Shown: piece by piece, positions 25,122 to 37,554 of the stretch
Layout of the letters: each line of letters starts with the position of its first letter
Position numbering within the stretch: the stretch's first letter is position 1
DNA from: Psilocybe cubensis
Lineage: Eukaryota
NCBI GenBank assembly: GCA_017499595.2
Contig: CM039007.1
Location: 1,736,001 to 1,800,000 of the forward strand
Reading direction: 5' to 3'
Length of the DNA: 64,000 bases
The notes under the pieces: model-generated
The model's database searches: none
The model's input: only the letters and a program-made list of their open reading frames with translations
Told to the model about the DNA's origin: nothing
Program-made: the position numbers and the translations under genes

Positions 25122-27745
25122 TCAAACCTGACTGACAGGTTCGTATCCCCCGCGACTGCTGCCCGCTCTTCCTAAACCTAAGCCCATGAAGATGCCTTTC
25201 CTGGTCGTTGGCTTTCTCGCACCATCGTCCTCCTCCTCCCTTTCCTTTCGGCGTTTCCATTCTCGGAACCCTTCCACAGGAACATCGTACAACTTATCAT
25301 ACTCCACTCCCAACTCCTTCCCGCCAGTCCAAAAGTCTTTACAATTTCCAACGATACCAATGTCGAATGGATTGCTAGCTTTGCTCGCACGAGTAAGGCC
25401 ATCCACCGCCTTGCCTTTCGTGAAGCGGTCGAATCCAAGCAGATTCATCAGGAACCCACTGCCGCAGCCTGCACACACGCCAGAATGGCGATGCACGACG
25501 CCAGTGGATGCGCTGCTCGTGTCGCTGACGAGAGCAGTGTCCTCGGTGTCGACGCCTGGGAGCACGCTGTCGTGCCGCGACTGGTGACGGTGGCCCATTT
25601 GGCCGGAGAGCGATGCACCCCCGCGTCCGCCCATGAAACCATATCGTCCTAGGTTAGAAACTTCCAGGGTGGTCATCTGTCGTGCGACTTGCCAAAATTG
25701 TGAGGCGAGTAGGATGGAGGTCCATGTAAGCTGGAGAGTAGCCCAAGCAGCAACGGAGACAAGGAAGCTGTCATGAGAGGTAATAGCACAAAGATCTTGT
25801 GGAAGAGGGCAGGAAGGTGAGATTTGTGAAGAGTCATTAGGTATAGGAATCGCTTTGAAATCTGGTAGCCCGTCATTATTGATGCAGAGAGTAGATATGA
25901 AATGTCAACATACATGCGTAAGTGAGATAATCAAAGAGACAGATTCCAATGACCAAGGTGGTAACAAAAAGAAGGAACTGGCGATGGTTGTTTGCTCCAA
26001 CTAAAACACAGATAAGTATCTGAGTGATAGATAAATAGTTTTGACTAACCGCAGTTCCACACCCATGGACAATGACTATAAAAGGATCAGATTGGTCAAA
26101 ACCAAGATAGCAGACTGAAAAGCTTACTGGTCACTTCGTGCAACGCACTTGTCGCAGACGCGACAATGTTTCGATCGCAGAGGTTTCCGTGCCATACATT
26201 GAATACAGAATGTCTGTCCATTGAGACGGCCTTCTGAAGCAAGATCTTCGATGACCTAATACAGACAGTCAGAGAATAGCTTTAAAAGATATAAATATGA
26301 CTAACAGATTTGAGCTCTTCGTCGCTGCTAGGCTTCGGGCAGGTTCCAGGATCCAGAGTGACAGCACGGAAAAAGTTGTAAGCGCATAATCCAACGGCCA
26401 CGGCGAACATAAAATGAGCAAAAGAGTGATATTGTGTCTCTGCGTCTCCATTAGTCCTCCATGAATGCGCAAATACTTAAAAAAGCTGACCTTGAACCAG
26501 TCTTGTGACCCAGCAGTACATGACCCACAACATAGAGCCGCTAATAATTCCAGCGAAATAAGGTGTTTGGCTGACGCTGTCGGTGTACGTTGATTTATTT
26601 AGAAGGACGCGCGTGACAATCTGTCCAAAGAGTCAGCCTAGCATTTGACACAGGAATGAGAAAAGGCATACATGATGCATGCCAAAGAATTCCGCAAGCG
26701 CAAGTATGATACCAGTATACCATGGGAGAAGCGTTAAAGTCATGAATATTAGATAGAAAAATATTGTGGGCATTATGAAAATGGCAATCTTTGTATTGCG
26801 CTGCAACAAATCTTTAGTACGGATGTATACCTAAAAAGTTTGAAGAAACTCACATCACTTAGAGGTCTCCCTCGTTTTACTCCATATTCGTCCATTCCTC
26901 CCTCCTCCAACGCTCGCTTCCATGCGCCCAGACTCTTGAGTTCGGCAGCCATGTCTCTAGGTGTTCTACCCTCTCCATCTTTCGCTCCGAGGTCAGCGCC
27001 CTTTTCGATAAGCCTTCTAATAGCAACACGGTTCCCTCTAACTACTGCCCAGTGGAGTGGTGTAAGTCCAGCGTCGTCTTTGAGGTTGGTGTTTGCCCCA
27101 TGCCTGAGTAGCAAATCGACAGAAAGAGCGTCGCCTTGGTAGGCCGCCCACATCAAAGAAGTATGGCCCTGAGAATCTCGTGAGTCCACATTGATGGGTT
27201 GGTGTAGAAGATATAGCAAGGGCATGATAGAGGATGAATGAGTGACAAGGTGTAAAGAATTGTAGCCCTGTGAATCGGTGATGGTGGGGTCGGCGCCATG
27301 GGCGATGAGAAGCTGGATAACATAGAGGTATCCATTGCGGGCGGCCCACTGCATTGGTGTAGCCACAAGGTCACCCCCCAGAGCGTCAACTTCAGCGCCC
27401 TGTTCTAGTAAATAGCGACACGCCGCGACGTGGGCGTTGATGGCCGCCCAATGCAATGGGGTGATATTTTGTGGGTCGCGGTCGGTAGCACTAGCTTTTC
27501 CCGAGGTAATAAGCTCGCGAATAAGCTCCAAGTCACCCCGTTGAGCGGCTACAAAGATGGAAGGCTTACAGACCACTTAATTAGCGAAACCAGTATAAGC
27601 ATCAGATGAATGAAAGACGCACCTCATCCGGCTGACTGTTTGGATCGTTGAGCGCTTGGGAGAAAGTCATATCTGTGGCCATAGCTGACTCCGTCGAAAC
27701 CAGCGACGTTGAGGGCGGGGATTTTATGTTAACGAGGTCATCCAT
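25122..27745 (-). CDS. AKR1: Ankyrin-repeat DHHC palmitoyltransferase Akr1 (multi-exon)
   Basis: Ankyrin repeats ([39 protein letters not shown]). Spliced Cys-rich domain [46 protein letters not shown] and NPFDIG motifs. Confidence 0.93.
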
Positions 27746-28729
27746 GGTCGTTGTTGCTTGCAAAGCGTTTCAGCATCTTCCAAGGACCAAGGTGCGATGC
27801 TATTGCTGTGCACTGATTAGTCAGCGTTGACCCTGCTCGCGGTCACGCCGCTGGCTGTCCATGTCAACAGCTGCCAAGTTCATGGTTTGGAACGACACTG
27901 TACATACTAACCAAGACAGACCAATATCCTGGCAAGTCTGCAGTGTATTTATAATTTATTCCTCCTCTTATAGCAGGAAAATGACACTACGCCTCTCAAT
28001 TCTAACTCATCTCCCAAGTACTTTTTGGCCTTGATAAAATTGCGGCATGTCTTTTGGCTCTCAGCTATTGGAAGGGAAATTGTTGTTTATGCACAGTCAT
28101 GTAGCGACTGGGATATGGCAAGTTTTCTCTATTTCAATGCAGATCTGACTGACCATCGACCAGCCTGATATTAGTGAGTTCCAACTTTGCACCACGTATA
28201 CTCGTCTGGCAAATTACGGACCTACCGTTGAGCACTCCAAGGCCACTGAATTCCACCGGCTAGGCTCCTCGAAGGGTTTCACAGCCTCTTCCAACCATTT
28301 GACATCTGTCAATTGTATCTGAACTGAAGTTGAAACCATCGACGATTGATTGACGACAAGTTGGGGAAGCAAGCTGGCAAGTGATAAACGGCATCTTATA
28401 ATTATCCGATTAAATCTCCGTTTTAAACTTTAATTTGATTGTGTTAAATTTCCCCAAAGGGCAAATACCCATCGGCCCTACCCTGTAGAGCGTAGGCTGC
28501 AGCTAGGTTTGCAACCACTTCATTCTGATGAGATTCGTAACTAAATAAACAATCGTTTTGTTAGTACCTACATCTACTATCTTCGTCTTTCATCGACGTT
28601 GCGGATTATAAATTTCAAAGACATTGGAGTCGTTCGAATTACAAGTTTGGTAAACTCCTTTTCGGCATGACGTAGTACCACGACCAGGCTAAGATTTCAC
28701 CGAGCGCCTTCTGATTGCGACAGTCAATA

Positions 28730-30313
28730 ATGGACCATGTGGGACCTACACCCATCGATTTATACCTTGGGTAGGTGAAAAGTGTTTTTTTGTGTAATTT
28801 TCTCATTCAGCTTCGCCAGACCACAATTGATCGGAACTTTGATCAACACAGTTTTGTACACAGTCGAGGTTTTGTTGGCAGCCACCTACTTTCGAAGCCC
28901 CAGAGGCAAGAGAGAACGAAGAGGGATTGCATTAGCTGTAATCTTCAATCTGGCAGTGGATACAGTAGGGAGTACTGTTGTGTGTATAAGCGCGTATACG
29001 GTACGTTTGTCTTCTGATTATGATGCTGCTGGAGTTTCGTTTGAGAGTGATCCACTCGACAGTTCTACGTTACATTCTGGGGTTGGTCTTCTTATCTTCA
29101 CATTTCTTTCTCTGACCATTTCCGATGCTTAGGCAATGCTAATAGCATATCGAATACACACTGGAGTCTTATCGTCAATATCATTACGAACGCAATTACA
29201 GCGTTCGTCGTTCAAGGCTTTTTGACATACCGTTTCTGGAAATTGTCGGTATCGAAAACGAATGAGGCCGTTCATTCGCCACGACGCTTTGCTTATCTAC
29301 CCACAAATGCAGCCATATGCATCACGATTGTCATTTTCTGCTTGATGCTCTTTGGGGTTTGTCCACTCAGTGCTAAGATTTGTTATCCTCTATTAACATA
29401 CGTCACCGCTTGTAGTGGGGAGGGGATATTCATCTAGCAATTAGGGCATCGCAGCCTCGACGCAGACCGGAAGACCGTCTGCGTGATACTCGCGACGTTA
29501 TGTACGTGCAAAAATCAGTAGGGTCAACACACCTTACTTATCCAACCATCAGTATGGCTCTTGCGGGGACTGCGGCGGCCGATCTTGCTATCACAGGGGC
29601 CCTCATATGGACGTTGTATGGAACAAAAACGTTCAATAAAATAACCCAAAGGTTTCTTTTCTATTTTGAATTTATTTCTTTATATATAGCTGATTACAGA
29701 GTTATAGTGTTGTCAGAAAAATCATGACAATGGCAATAATAACAGGATCTATAACTTCCGCTGCGGCCATTACCATCTTCATAACCTTTCTGGTACTACC
29801 CCTATCCAGAGGCAAGTATATCTCGTACCATTGACATTGATGATATACTCAATCCGATTTCAGTTCCAACCTGTTTTTCTTTATTCTTGGGGAGAGTATA
29901 TGCGCTGACCATGCTTTACGCTTTGCTCTATCGTGATGCTATCTCTCAAGGCTTAAGAAACGTAATAATCGATAGTGATACACTCCAACCCACCGTCGAA
30001 TCTGGTCAGCGTAGAAGAGGTAAGCCTCGGTAGCCATTGCTACAATAAATTGGATATTTAAGCAGCTATAGTGGGGCTCCCATACACGTCTTCACAGATA
30101 ACTGACGAAATTCTCTTTGCGCGGCCGAAGGTGTGTACACATCAGTAAGATGTTGCAGAAGGTTCTAATGCTGTACGTCTAATATAGAATTTTATTTCTT
30201 CAACACCGTCTCATTCTGTACCTGATTTGCATCATGAACTGGTGCCGCCAAGATCATTTTCACGCCAAAGTGATGCATGTAATACTCATAATCCTACTCA
30301 GAGTAATAAGTAG
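28730..30313 (+). CDS. Seven-TM integral membrane protein, DUF6534-like (multi-exon)
   Basis: ATG 28730. Exons encode seven hydrophobic helices with family-typical motifs GPQLIGTLINTVLY, VQGFLTYRFWKLS, AADLAITGALIWTL, ITGSITSAAA, LGRVYALTMLYALLYR. Last exon ends at TAG 30311-30313. Internal exon edges approximate. Confidence 0.7.
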
Positions 30314-30562
30314 CGCCCGGGGCCCGTTAGATTGTTAATATATAAATTCACCCCACCCTCGGTCAAAGTTTCGCTGGATTACACAGACATATAACTGATA
30401 TCTTGAGTATCATGTAGCCCACTAAATTGACGGTGGGAACTAGCGTCACTTCACAAAATATTATTTTCTATAGGGTTCTTCAAGATTTTCGGGGTACGTC
30501 GCGTCGTAGAGGGTGTAGCTTGTAAAGGTGGTTTATATCTGGTTTCGTGTAATACTATTCGT

Positions 30563-32512
30563 TTATTGTGATACACTTTCCGAGGTGACAGAAATAGTTC
30601 CTCCGTTCGAGCCTTCCCCATTCATGGTGACGCCATTCTGTCCGTTGGCAGTGATAGTCACCTTTGTCGGGCTCCCTGTACCAGCGAGGCCCGTCGATGT
30701 ATCTGGTTCTGTTGTGGTGGTACCTGATGGTACGGAGATCGTCCCTCCATTCGCTCCATTCCCGTTGTAACTCACGCCGCCATTATGTCCAGTCACAAAA
30801 ATCGGCTGGGCAGTAGGAGGCTTGTTCCCGTAAGTCGTGCTGGACAATTTTCCTGATCCGGAGTACAACAATGGTTGATTTCCATACCACCCCCAGAGGA
30901 GATTCCTAATGTCTGGACTACCTTGGAGCTTTTGAAGAGAGATAGAATCTTCGCGGCGGTTTATCGAGATCCGCCCTATGGCTGTCCGTTTGCACATTTA
31001 ATACCAATCATTAATCTTTTTGTCCCATACTTAGAAGTCTTGGACTAAGTCTTCCGATAAGTATATCTTATGGTGTCCGAAGATAGAAAAATGGCTTCCA
31101 ATCATAAAGATCCCATATCCACACATTTGTATATTGTAACCTTAGGTACAACTTTGAGTACCATACATATAGTTTTGGAGCCCACATATATATATTAGAA
31201 TCCCTTACATAGAAAACTCATGCCCTTTCATACATTTTTTGCTCCCCCACATATATCTACTGGTTCCAGCAATCTTAGATTTTACCTGTCGTCGTCACGA
31301 AGATATACAGGCGATTTTCGGCATTTTTTTATGCCGAGGCAAGCTTGCCTTCGTGCGAATTCGGCAAATATCGGCAATCAGCCAGACGAATCACAGCACA
31401 TTGCTGTTTTTTCACCTTGACACTGGCAGAGTAAGCACTGACAAAGTTTCAAATACTAACCGATTGTGAATGCTACAATTTAAGCTGAATACAGCATTAT
31501 TTCGTGTCTTTTCTGAGCCAAGCGCTGTGATGACAGCTAGTAGCGGATGTGTTAAGCTTGGTTAAGGTTAAATACACCTGAAAATGAGGTTATAGGTAGT
31601 CAACCTATTCAGTGTCAGCTATACGCACAGGTTTGGTGTTTTTTTTGTCAATCATGAAATTTTAAATCCATATTGTGAACTTAAAACACTCGCCTAGCTG
31701 CTCCACGAGTAGCTATCCACCCCAAAGCGGGGTACCAACATAATTCCCACACGGATTCGGCAGTGACGGCACGCACGATGGTCATCTCAACGACTGTATA
31801 TCTTCGGAAAAAATGTTAGATATATGGGGAGGTGGTTTCAAAGTATGGTATAAGATTTCCTATGTAGGGGATAGATGCATATATGTCCGTACCTTTCATT
31901 AAAGCTGAAGGTCCTGTAAATACAATGATTGGGATGATTTCCTCTATCTTCGGAAGCTAGTTCTCTGTGATCGGGACACCAATATATATAATCGGCATTG
32001 TGTAAAAATGTCCTTTATATGTATGGGACAAAAAGATTAATGATTGGTATTAAATGTGCAAACGGACAGCCATACCGCCCTCCATTCGCACCGTTCCCGT
32101 ATTGATTATACCCACCGTTGGCGCCGTATGCAGAAATTGGACCATTTGGTGGAGTATATGAGTTGTATATAGGGAAAAGGAATCCCGCTCCACGCCTACC
32201 CACAGAAATACTTCCGCCATTGGCGCCATTACCATATGCATTTTGACCACCGTTAGCGCCATTTGCGTAGATAGAGCTTCCTCCTCCTGCGTAATTAGCT
32301 ATACCAATGTATCCGCCGTTGGCACCGTCGCCACCGTAGTTGTAACCTCCATTGGCTCCAATTGCTGTAATTGGCCCATTCGTAGGTGTAAGGGGAGTCG
32401 GGTACCAGAAGTCAGTCCCTCGATGTTCCAAGACGGGACCAGAAATTGGCGAAGCAAAACTTCCGCCGTGGAAAATTGTAAGTATCAACGTCGCCTTGAT
32501 GAAAGACTGCAT
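30563..32512 (-). pseudogene. Secreted Kex2-processed repeat precursor 1 (GANGG-repeat family), interrupted by a transposon
   Basis: 5' part 32512-32075 (signal peptide MQSFIKATLILTIFHGGSFA, GANGG modules, RR site) and 3' part 30970-30563 join in frame (NGGRISINRRED) when 30977-32074 plus one TSD copy is removed, giving a 281-aa protein. 5'UTR intron 32574-32516; TATATAAA at 32634-32627. Confidence 0.85.
30977..32074. mobile_element. Non-autonomous DNA transposon (MITE-like), 1098 bp, 54-bp perfect TIRs, 6-bp TSD CCGCCC
   Basis: TATGGCTGTCCGTTTGCACATTTAATACCAATCATTAATCTTTTTGTCCCATAC at 30977-31030 and its exact reverse complement at 32021-32074. CCGCCC at 30971-30976 and 32075-32080. AT-rich interior with no transposase ORF. 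Confidence 0.95.
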
Positions 32513-34905
32513 CTTCTGCCAAAATATTTAAATCAATGCTGGTGTATGTACGTAGTTTTCAAAACTAAGCTCACTTGTTTTACGATTATGGGGTTGTGGA
32601 ATGAATATCCTGAAACCCCATTTGAGTTTATATACCCAGAATCCGGCCATATGTGCAACCACCTTCTAAATTCTCAGTTGTATTAACCCTATAGGAATAC
32701 AAGTTGAAGCGTTAGCTTGAATAATGGTTAGCTGAAATCGATTGAAATAAAATTCTTAGGTACCCACTAGGTGAAAGTAGTCGACGTAAATTAGGGAGCT
32801 AGATGACTCACAATCTTGTGGCTTTTAGAAAGGCGGTTCGTGAAGGTCGATAGGAAATGGAATAACCTTCAGCGGTACTTGTAATCATGACGCATTGGTT
32901 GTGTCAAACCGTAGTATAGGTAGTAAAGAATGAGCCGTCAATAATAAAGCATATTCCAACCTCCTGCACTTCTTCTGGCGGCTGTGGGGATGTGTGTTGG
33001 TCTGAGTAGGTTGGTGTGTGTGAGTTTGACAGCGTTTGTAGATTCGGAATGTGCCGAAATTCCTTTCCCCATCAGCCCCCGTCTCTGTAAGTACATGTTG
33101 AAGTGCCTTTTACGGTGACATCATGACGTGAAACTGACGCGATCAGCTGCAACTTAAGCGGAAGTAACATGCTTTAAATGAAAGGACATGGAGTCCTCTA
33201 GAAGTGAATCGGCCCTAGTTCCGATGTGTCGTTGGCATTTCATAGTACCGAACCTTCAGCTTCAAAGCCTCAGTCTATGTGGGCCCTAGAATGACCGTCG
33301 TTGAAGCTGCTAATGCCTGATGGATGATCCTCAATTCACTACACTGCCTAATACACGTTGCTCACTAGCGGGTCTGTACTAAGTATGCAATGTACTACAG
33401 GGCAAGTTGTAATAAACGGTGTTCAACATCAAACTCTTACTCCTTTGTGTAAAGTAATGGATTATCGTAGGTAGCAATGTATACAATGCCTCAGTAAACC
33501 CAGTCACTATCACTGCACTTCCGTCGTAGTGGAGGGCAATAACAAAAAGCTTATGACCTAGACTCAAGGGGGATGTGGAGGGTAACGAGACTTCAGTTTC
33601 TACTTGTAACCTATTCTGCATTAGCAGTTTCACGAAATGAATGGTAGATGCGCAGCAATTCTCATCCAGCCCGGCTTTGCATCGGCCAAACGTTCGAAAC
33701 TCGACAAGTGGGGCGACTTCTCCATCCGGTAAGCAATAACGTTTTCTAGGCAAAGATGTTTCCTGCCATTACAATGCCGTTACAAACTTCACCCGTGATA
33801 GGATTTTGCTTTCGCCTATGAATGTGTTCAGGGAGTACTTCCCCGGCCGTGCATCAGAGAAGATTCGTGCGGGTCGAAGAGATGATATCGTAGTAACATT
33901 AAATAGACCAAGTGTCTATTCATCGGTGCCGTTAAACCTTTGAAAATCGAGAATTGGTCAAGTTAATGAGGACTTAGTACCTTAGAAGCACCTTGGAAGC
34001 CTCCTGGTTCCGAGGAAAGATTCTCCTGGATTCTCCAATCCATATTTTGGACGTCAATCGGCAATCACCGGGTATGGGTTTGCCTGCTTTTTTAGTTTGC
34101 CAAGGGGCTAACCAAACAGTCAATTTTCCAAGTCCCGACTCATATCACAGAAACACCGTCTTCAATGATTTATTGTAGTGCAGCAAAGTTATCTTTTCTC
34201 AGTCTCTTATTTACTGGCCTATCGGATACCAGTACCTCAATCTGTCGCTCAATATTTACCAGCGTTATCGACGCGTAGTAGCCGTGCAAAGTTTTTCTCT
34301 CTGACGGGGCTTTGCTTACACGCAAACCTCTAGCACATCCAGCGGGAGATACCACAAATGAACCCCTTTCAAACGCCGGGAAAACCCAGCGACTAATTAG
34401 TCTTAGGTGAGAACATTTTAACTCGTCCATGAGCAGGTTAGAGCAGGTTAGAGGTTCAAAGTCCTTCAGAATTTAATGATTCAGCTCGGATGTAGGAAGT
34501 GTCAACTGTCATGAAGTGTGCGGTTCTCGTTGAAAAAAAGAAACCCAAGCCAAAATCAAAATGGTGAACAATGCAGTATGCGGCTATGTTTTTTATCAGA
34601 ACACATGATATATTCTCTTTGACATTTTGCTCTTAGTTTACCTTAGATATTCGCTATATTCAAGATACTGTTCTTCATAATCCTAAACATAATTTTGCTT
34701 TAACCATTTGCTCTTAGTATCTCTTAGCTTTTCATCTAATTCAATGCATATTCACTGAATGGGACTGGTAGCCCATGGAATGACCCTTCCTTTTTAACAT
34801 ATCATGCTAATATTACCGAACACTAGCATCCGTTCAGAATGCAAAGTTGGTGAGCAATAAATTCAACTAAACAGTTTTGCGGCCATCTCCCGCTGAAACT
34901 CGGGG

Positions 34906-34913
34906 TATTTAAA
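34906..34913 (+). promoter_or_regulatory. TATA-like box of precursor 2
   Basis: TATTTAAA ~55 nt upstream of the 5'UTR intron (34969-35038). The same box and downstream TTTCTTCAGTGAACTC are shared with precursor 3. Confidence 0.55.
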
Positions 34914-35055
34914 GGACCTCAAAGTCTTGTGTTTCTTCAGTGAACTCTTACAAGGCCTCACAACACAAGTAAGCCCTGGAAAACCATTTCCCATTTTTTT
35001 TTAGTAAATATCCCGCTAACTATCAGACTTTAACAAAGGCAATACAACCCAAAAC

Positions 35056-35871
35056 ATGCAATCGTTTGTCAAAGCTGCAGTTGCAATTGCCTTCCTCAGC
35101 GGTGGAAGTTTTGCTCTTCCCACTCAAACCAACACGGTAAACAGACGCGAAAATGACTTCTTCTTCCCAATCTGGATCCCCCCAGCTCCTGCTAATGGTC
35201 CCATTTATGCCAGCGGTGCAAATGGAGGTTACAACTATGGTGGAAGTGGCGCTAATGGCGGCAGCATCTCAATTAGTAGGCGGGAGACCGAAAGCAAGCA
35301 AAAGGACAATACCTTTTTTCCGCTCTTCCTAGGGTGGAATCAACCTCCTCCTAATGGAGCAATTACTGCAGTGGGTGCCAACGGCGGAACCAACATATAC
35401 GGAGACGGCGCCAATGGCGGGTCGATCTCCATCAACAAGCGCAAGGATGATTTTCTCTTCCCCATCTGGTTCCCTCCGCGTCCTACTGTCAATGGCCCCA
35501 TTACCGCTAGCGGCGCCAATGGAGGCTACAACTATAATGGAGACGGTGCCAATGGCGGTTCAATCTCCATCAACAAGCGAGGGGAAGATTTTTTCTTCCC
35601 AATCTGGCTCCCTCCTCCTCCTCCTGCCAATGGCCCCATTACTGCTAATGGCGCCAATGGAGGCTTCAACTATAACGGAAACGGTGCTAATGGTGGAAGT
35701 ATTTCGATTGGCAAGCGAGAGACCGAGAGTGAGAATAAAGATGGTATTCTTTTCCCACTCTTTTGGTGGAATCAGCCTCCCGCCAACGGAGCCATTACCG
35801 CAGAGGGCGCAAATGGCGGCACTAACATCAACGGAAACGGTGCGAACGGTGGAAGAATCTCTATCGGATAA
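35056..35871 (+). CDS. Secreted Kex2-processed repeat precursor 2 (5 GANGG-pair units)
   Basis: Signal peptide MQSFVKAAVAIAFLSGGSFA-LP. Five units of ~45-53 aa delimited by RR/KR, each with an aromatic FFPIW/FPLFxW head and a GxIxAxGANGGxNxxGxGANGGxISI module. Confidence 0.92.
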   Translation: MQSFVKAAVAIAFLSGGSFALPTQTNTVNRRENDFFFPIWIPPAPANGPIYASGANGGYNYGGSGANGGSISISRRETESKQKDNTFFPLFLGWNQPPPNGAITAVGANGGTNIYGDGANGGSISINKRKDDFLFPIWFPPRPTVNGPITASGANGGYNYNGDGANGGSISINKRGEDFFFPIWLPPPPPANGPITANGANGGFNYNGNGANGGSISIGKRETESENKDGILFPLFWWNQPPANGAITAEGANGGTNINGNGANGGRISIG

Positions 35872-36288
35872 TAATATTGGATGCGTGCAATTCATACCTG
35901 GAGGATATTACAAAAATATGCAGGAATAGCTTTATATACGTGTTGTTGAATCTGAAGAAACACAAAAAACAAAATTTAGCCATATTTTTTGATCTGAAAT
36001 TATGATCTACCTGATAAATTATCTTACTGCTCCCATGTTGGATTGTAACGTCCATCTAAGTCAGTCGGATATAGCATTCAAACAAAACAAGTGTGATGCT
36101 ATTTTCCATCAAAATGCTTGAAAAAATGCTATGTGGAGAGAAAGTTGGAATAAGATGGTACTTGCTACTCACAAAAATGACATCAATTGTGTATGAAATA
36201 TTGGAGAACAAGTAAGTGGGCTCAAGAATGTTTAAACGGTAATTGTTTTACCCAGGACGTAAAAAAGATCTCTATCAACTGCCAATGC

Positions 36289-37554
36289 TTACCCTTCACA
36301 AATGTTGAGTTCAAATACCCTGCAACGAACAAACTCTGCGAAGCTATCGCGAAGCTCATAGTCTAAATTCAAGTGGGACTCGAAAGGCAACGAAGACTCA
36401 AGTCCCAATGGTATAGTGGACCTGAGCCTAAGCGTTCTCAGCTTCCCAGATAGATAATCCTCCCTTGTTCGCAAAATCATAATCTCCAACAGTGTCTCCA
36501 GGTGGTCTTTTGTAAGTGGTCCTTCATATGTGAATACTCTGAGGTGCGGCACTAGAACAAGACGATGACTATACCCAGCAGGATAGAGTGCCTTGAAAAA
36601 CAAATCTCCAGATGTTATAGGTGCTTGATCTGAGCGATTGTTAATTTCCAATACTTCCAATACAGTCTGGGTGGAAATGGGATTAATGAGGGCCGTTATT
36701 CCGTCTCCAATTGCGAAATTGAGGTAGAGATGTGTGAGCTCGCATTTTGATCGCTCAAAAAACTTGTGAAGATATTTCCCCCCGCCATGAATGATGAACT
36801 ACTATCCGTGCGACTGAAAACCTCAATTTGCAGACGTTTTAGAGAAGGAGGATTGAGGCTTAATAACATATTAACGCAGGGTACCACATACTGAAACGCG
36901 ACGTGAAGTGTGTGAAGTCTGGGGGAGTTTGACAGGGAAATGCATTCCATGCCTATTCAGTGGGAATATGTTCCCTAAATGCACCTTTGTTAGATTTGGA
37001 AATGAAAGGAGAATGAGACGAGAATTAAATTCTCCGTCCAACAAGGATAGGGAAGTGGGACCAGAAAGGTTTACAGTGTTGGCTAGTCCTTTTAAGGGCA
37101 GAAGGTCACACCAATGGTTAGGTAGTCGAAGGCACAATGAGCGCCATTGCGGCCTGTGTTGTATAAGCACATCCATGACGTGGATAGGTTTGCAGCACTC
37201 TTCATCGCCCAACTTTTCAAGGAAGATGTCCAGATCCCGGCCCTTGGCACGACTTATCTATTCGTGAACAAGTATATGTTTCTCCTCACATTTTCCGTTT
37301 CCTAGATGTATGTCTATGGATTCCCACAGCTCAGAGTTGGACCAAGCTATTTCTCTCCAGCCTTTACAGACCCCACCGAGCGTAAATGGATGCAGCTGCC
37401 TTCGCCTGTGGACGTTTCCAGGGATGACCTCGCATGCCTCAGAGAAGATTAGAGCCATGATTTCGGGTGGTAAGGATATAGCCGTAGGAGCATAACTGCT
37501 CTGAGTGTGAGGATGGCTTGTGTCTAACGATATTATCGATGCGATTGTGGACAT
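36289..37554 (-). pseudogene. Degenerate agaricomycete-type F-box protein gene
   Basis: ISLPPEIMALIF...PFTLGGVCKGWREIAWSNSELWESI is F-box-like. In-frame TAG at 37258-37260 where Trp is expected (E*ISRAKG), then frame changes near ~36950 and ~36690. Confidence 0.75.

Noticed and set aside
30563-30997. ORF 30563-30997 as an independent fourth precursor gene
   Set aside because: Its ATG lies inside the transposon TIR and it has no signal peptide. It is the 3' half of precursor 1.
30976-32075. The transposon could be spliced out as an intron (G|GTATGG ... CCATAG on the minus strand), introner-style
   Set aside because: Using that donor with the terminal TAG or the nearby CAG acceptor leaves +4 or +10 nt, a frameshift, and there is no pyrimidine tract. 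Clean rescue by splicing is not supported.
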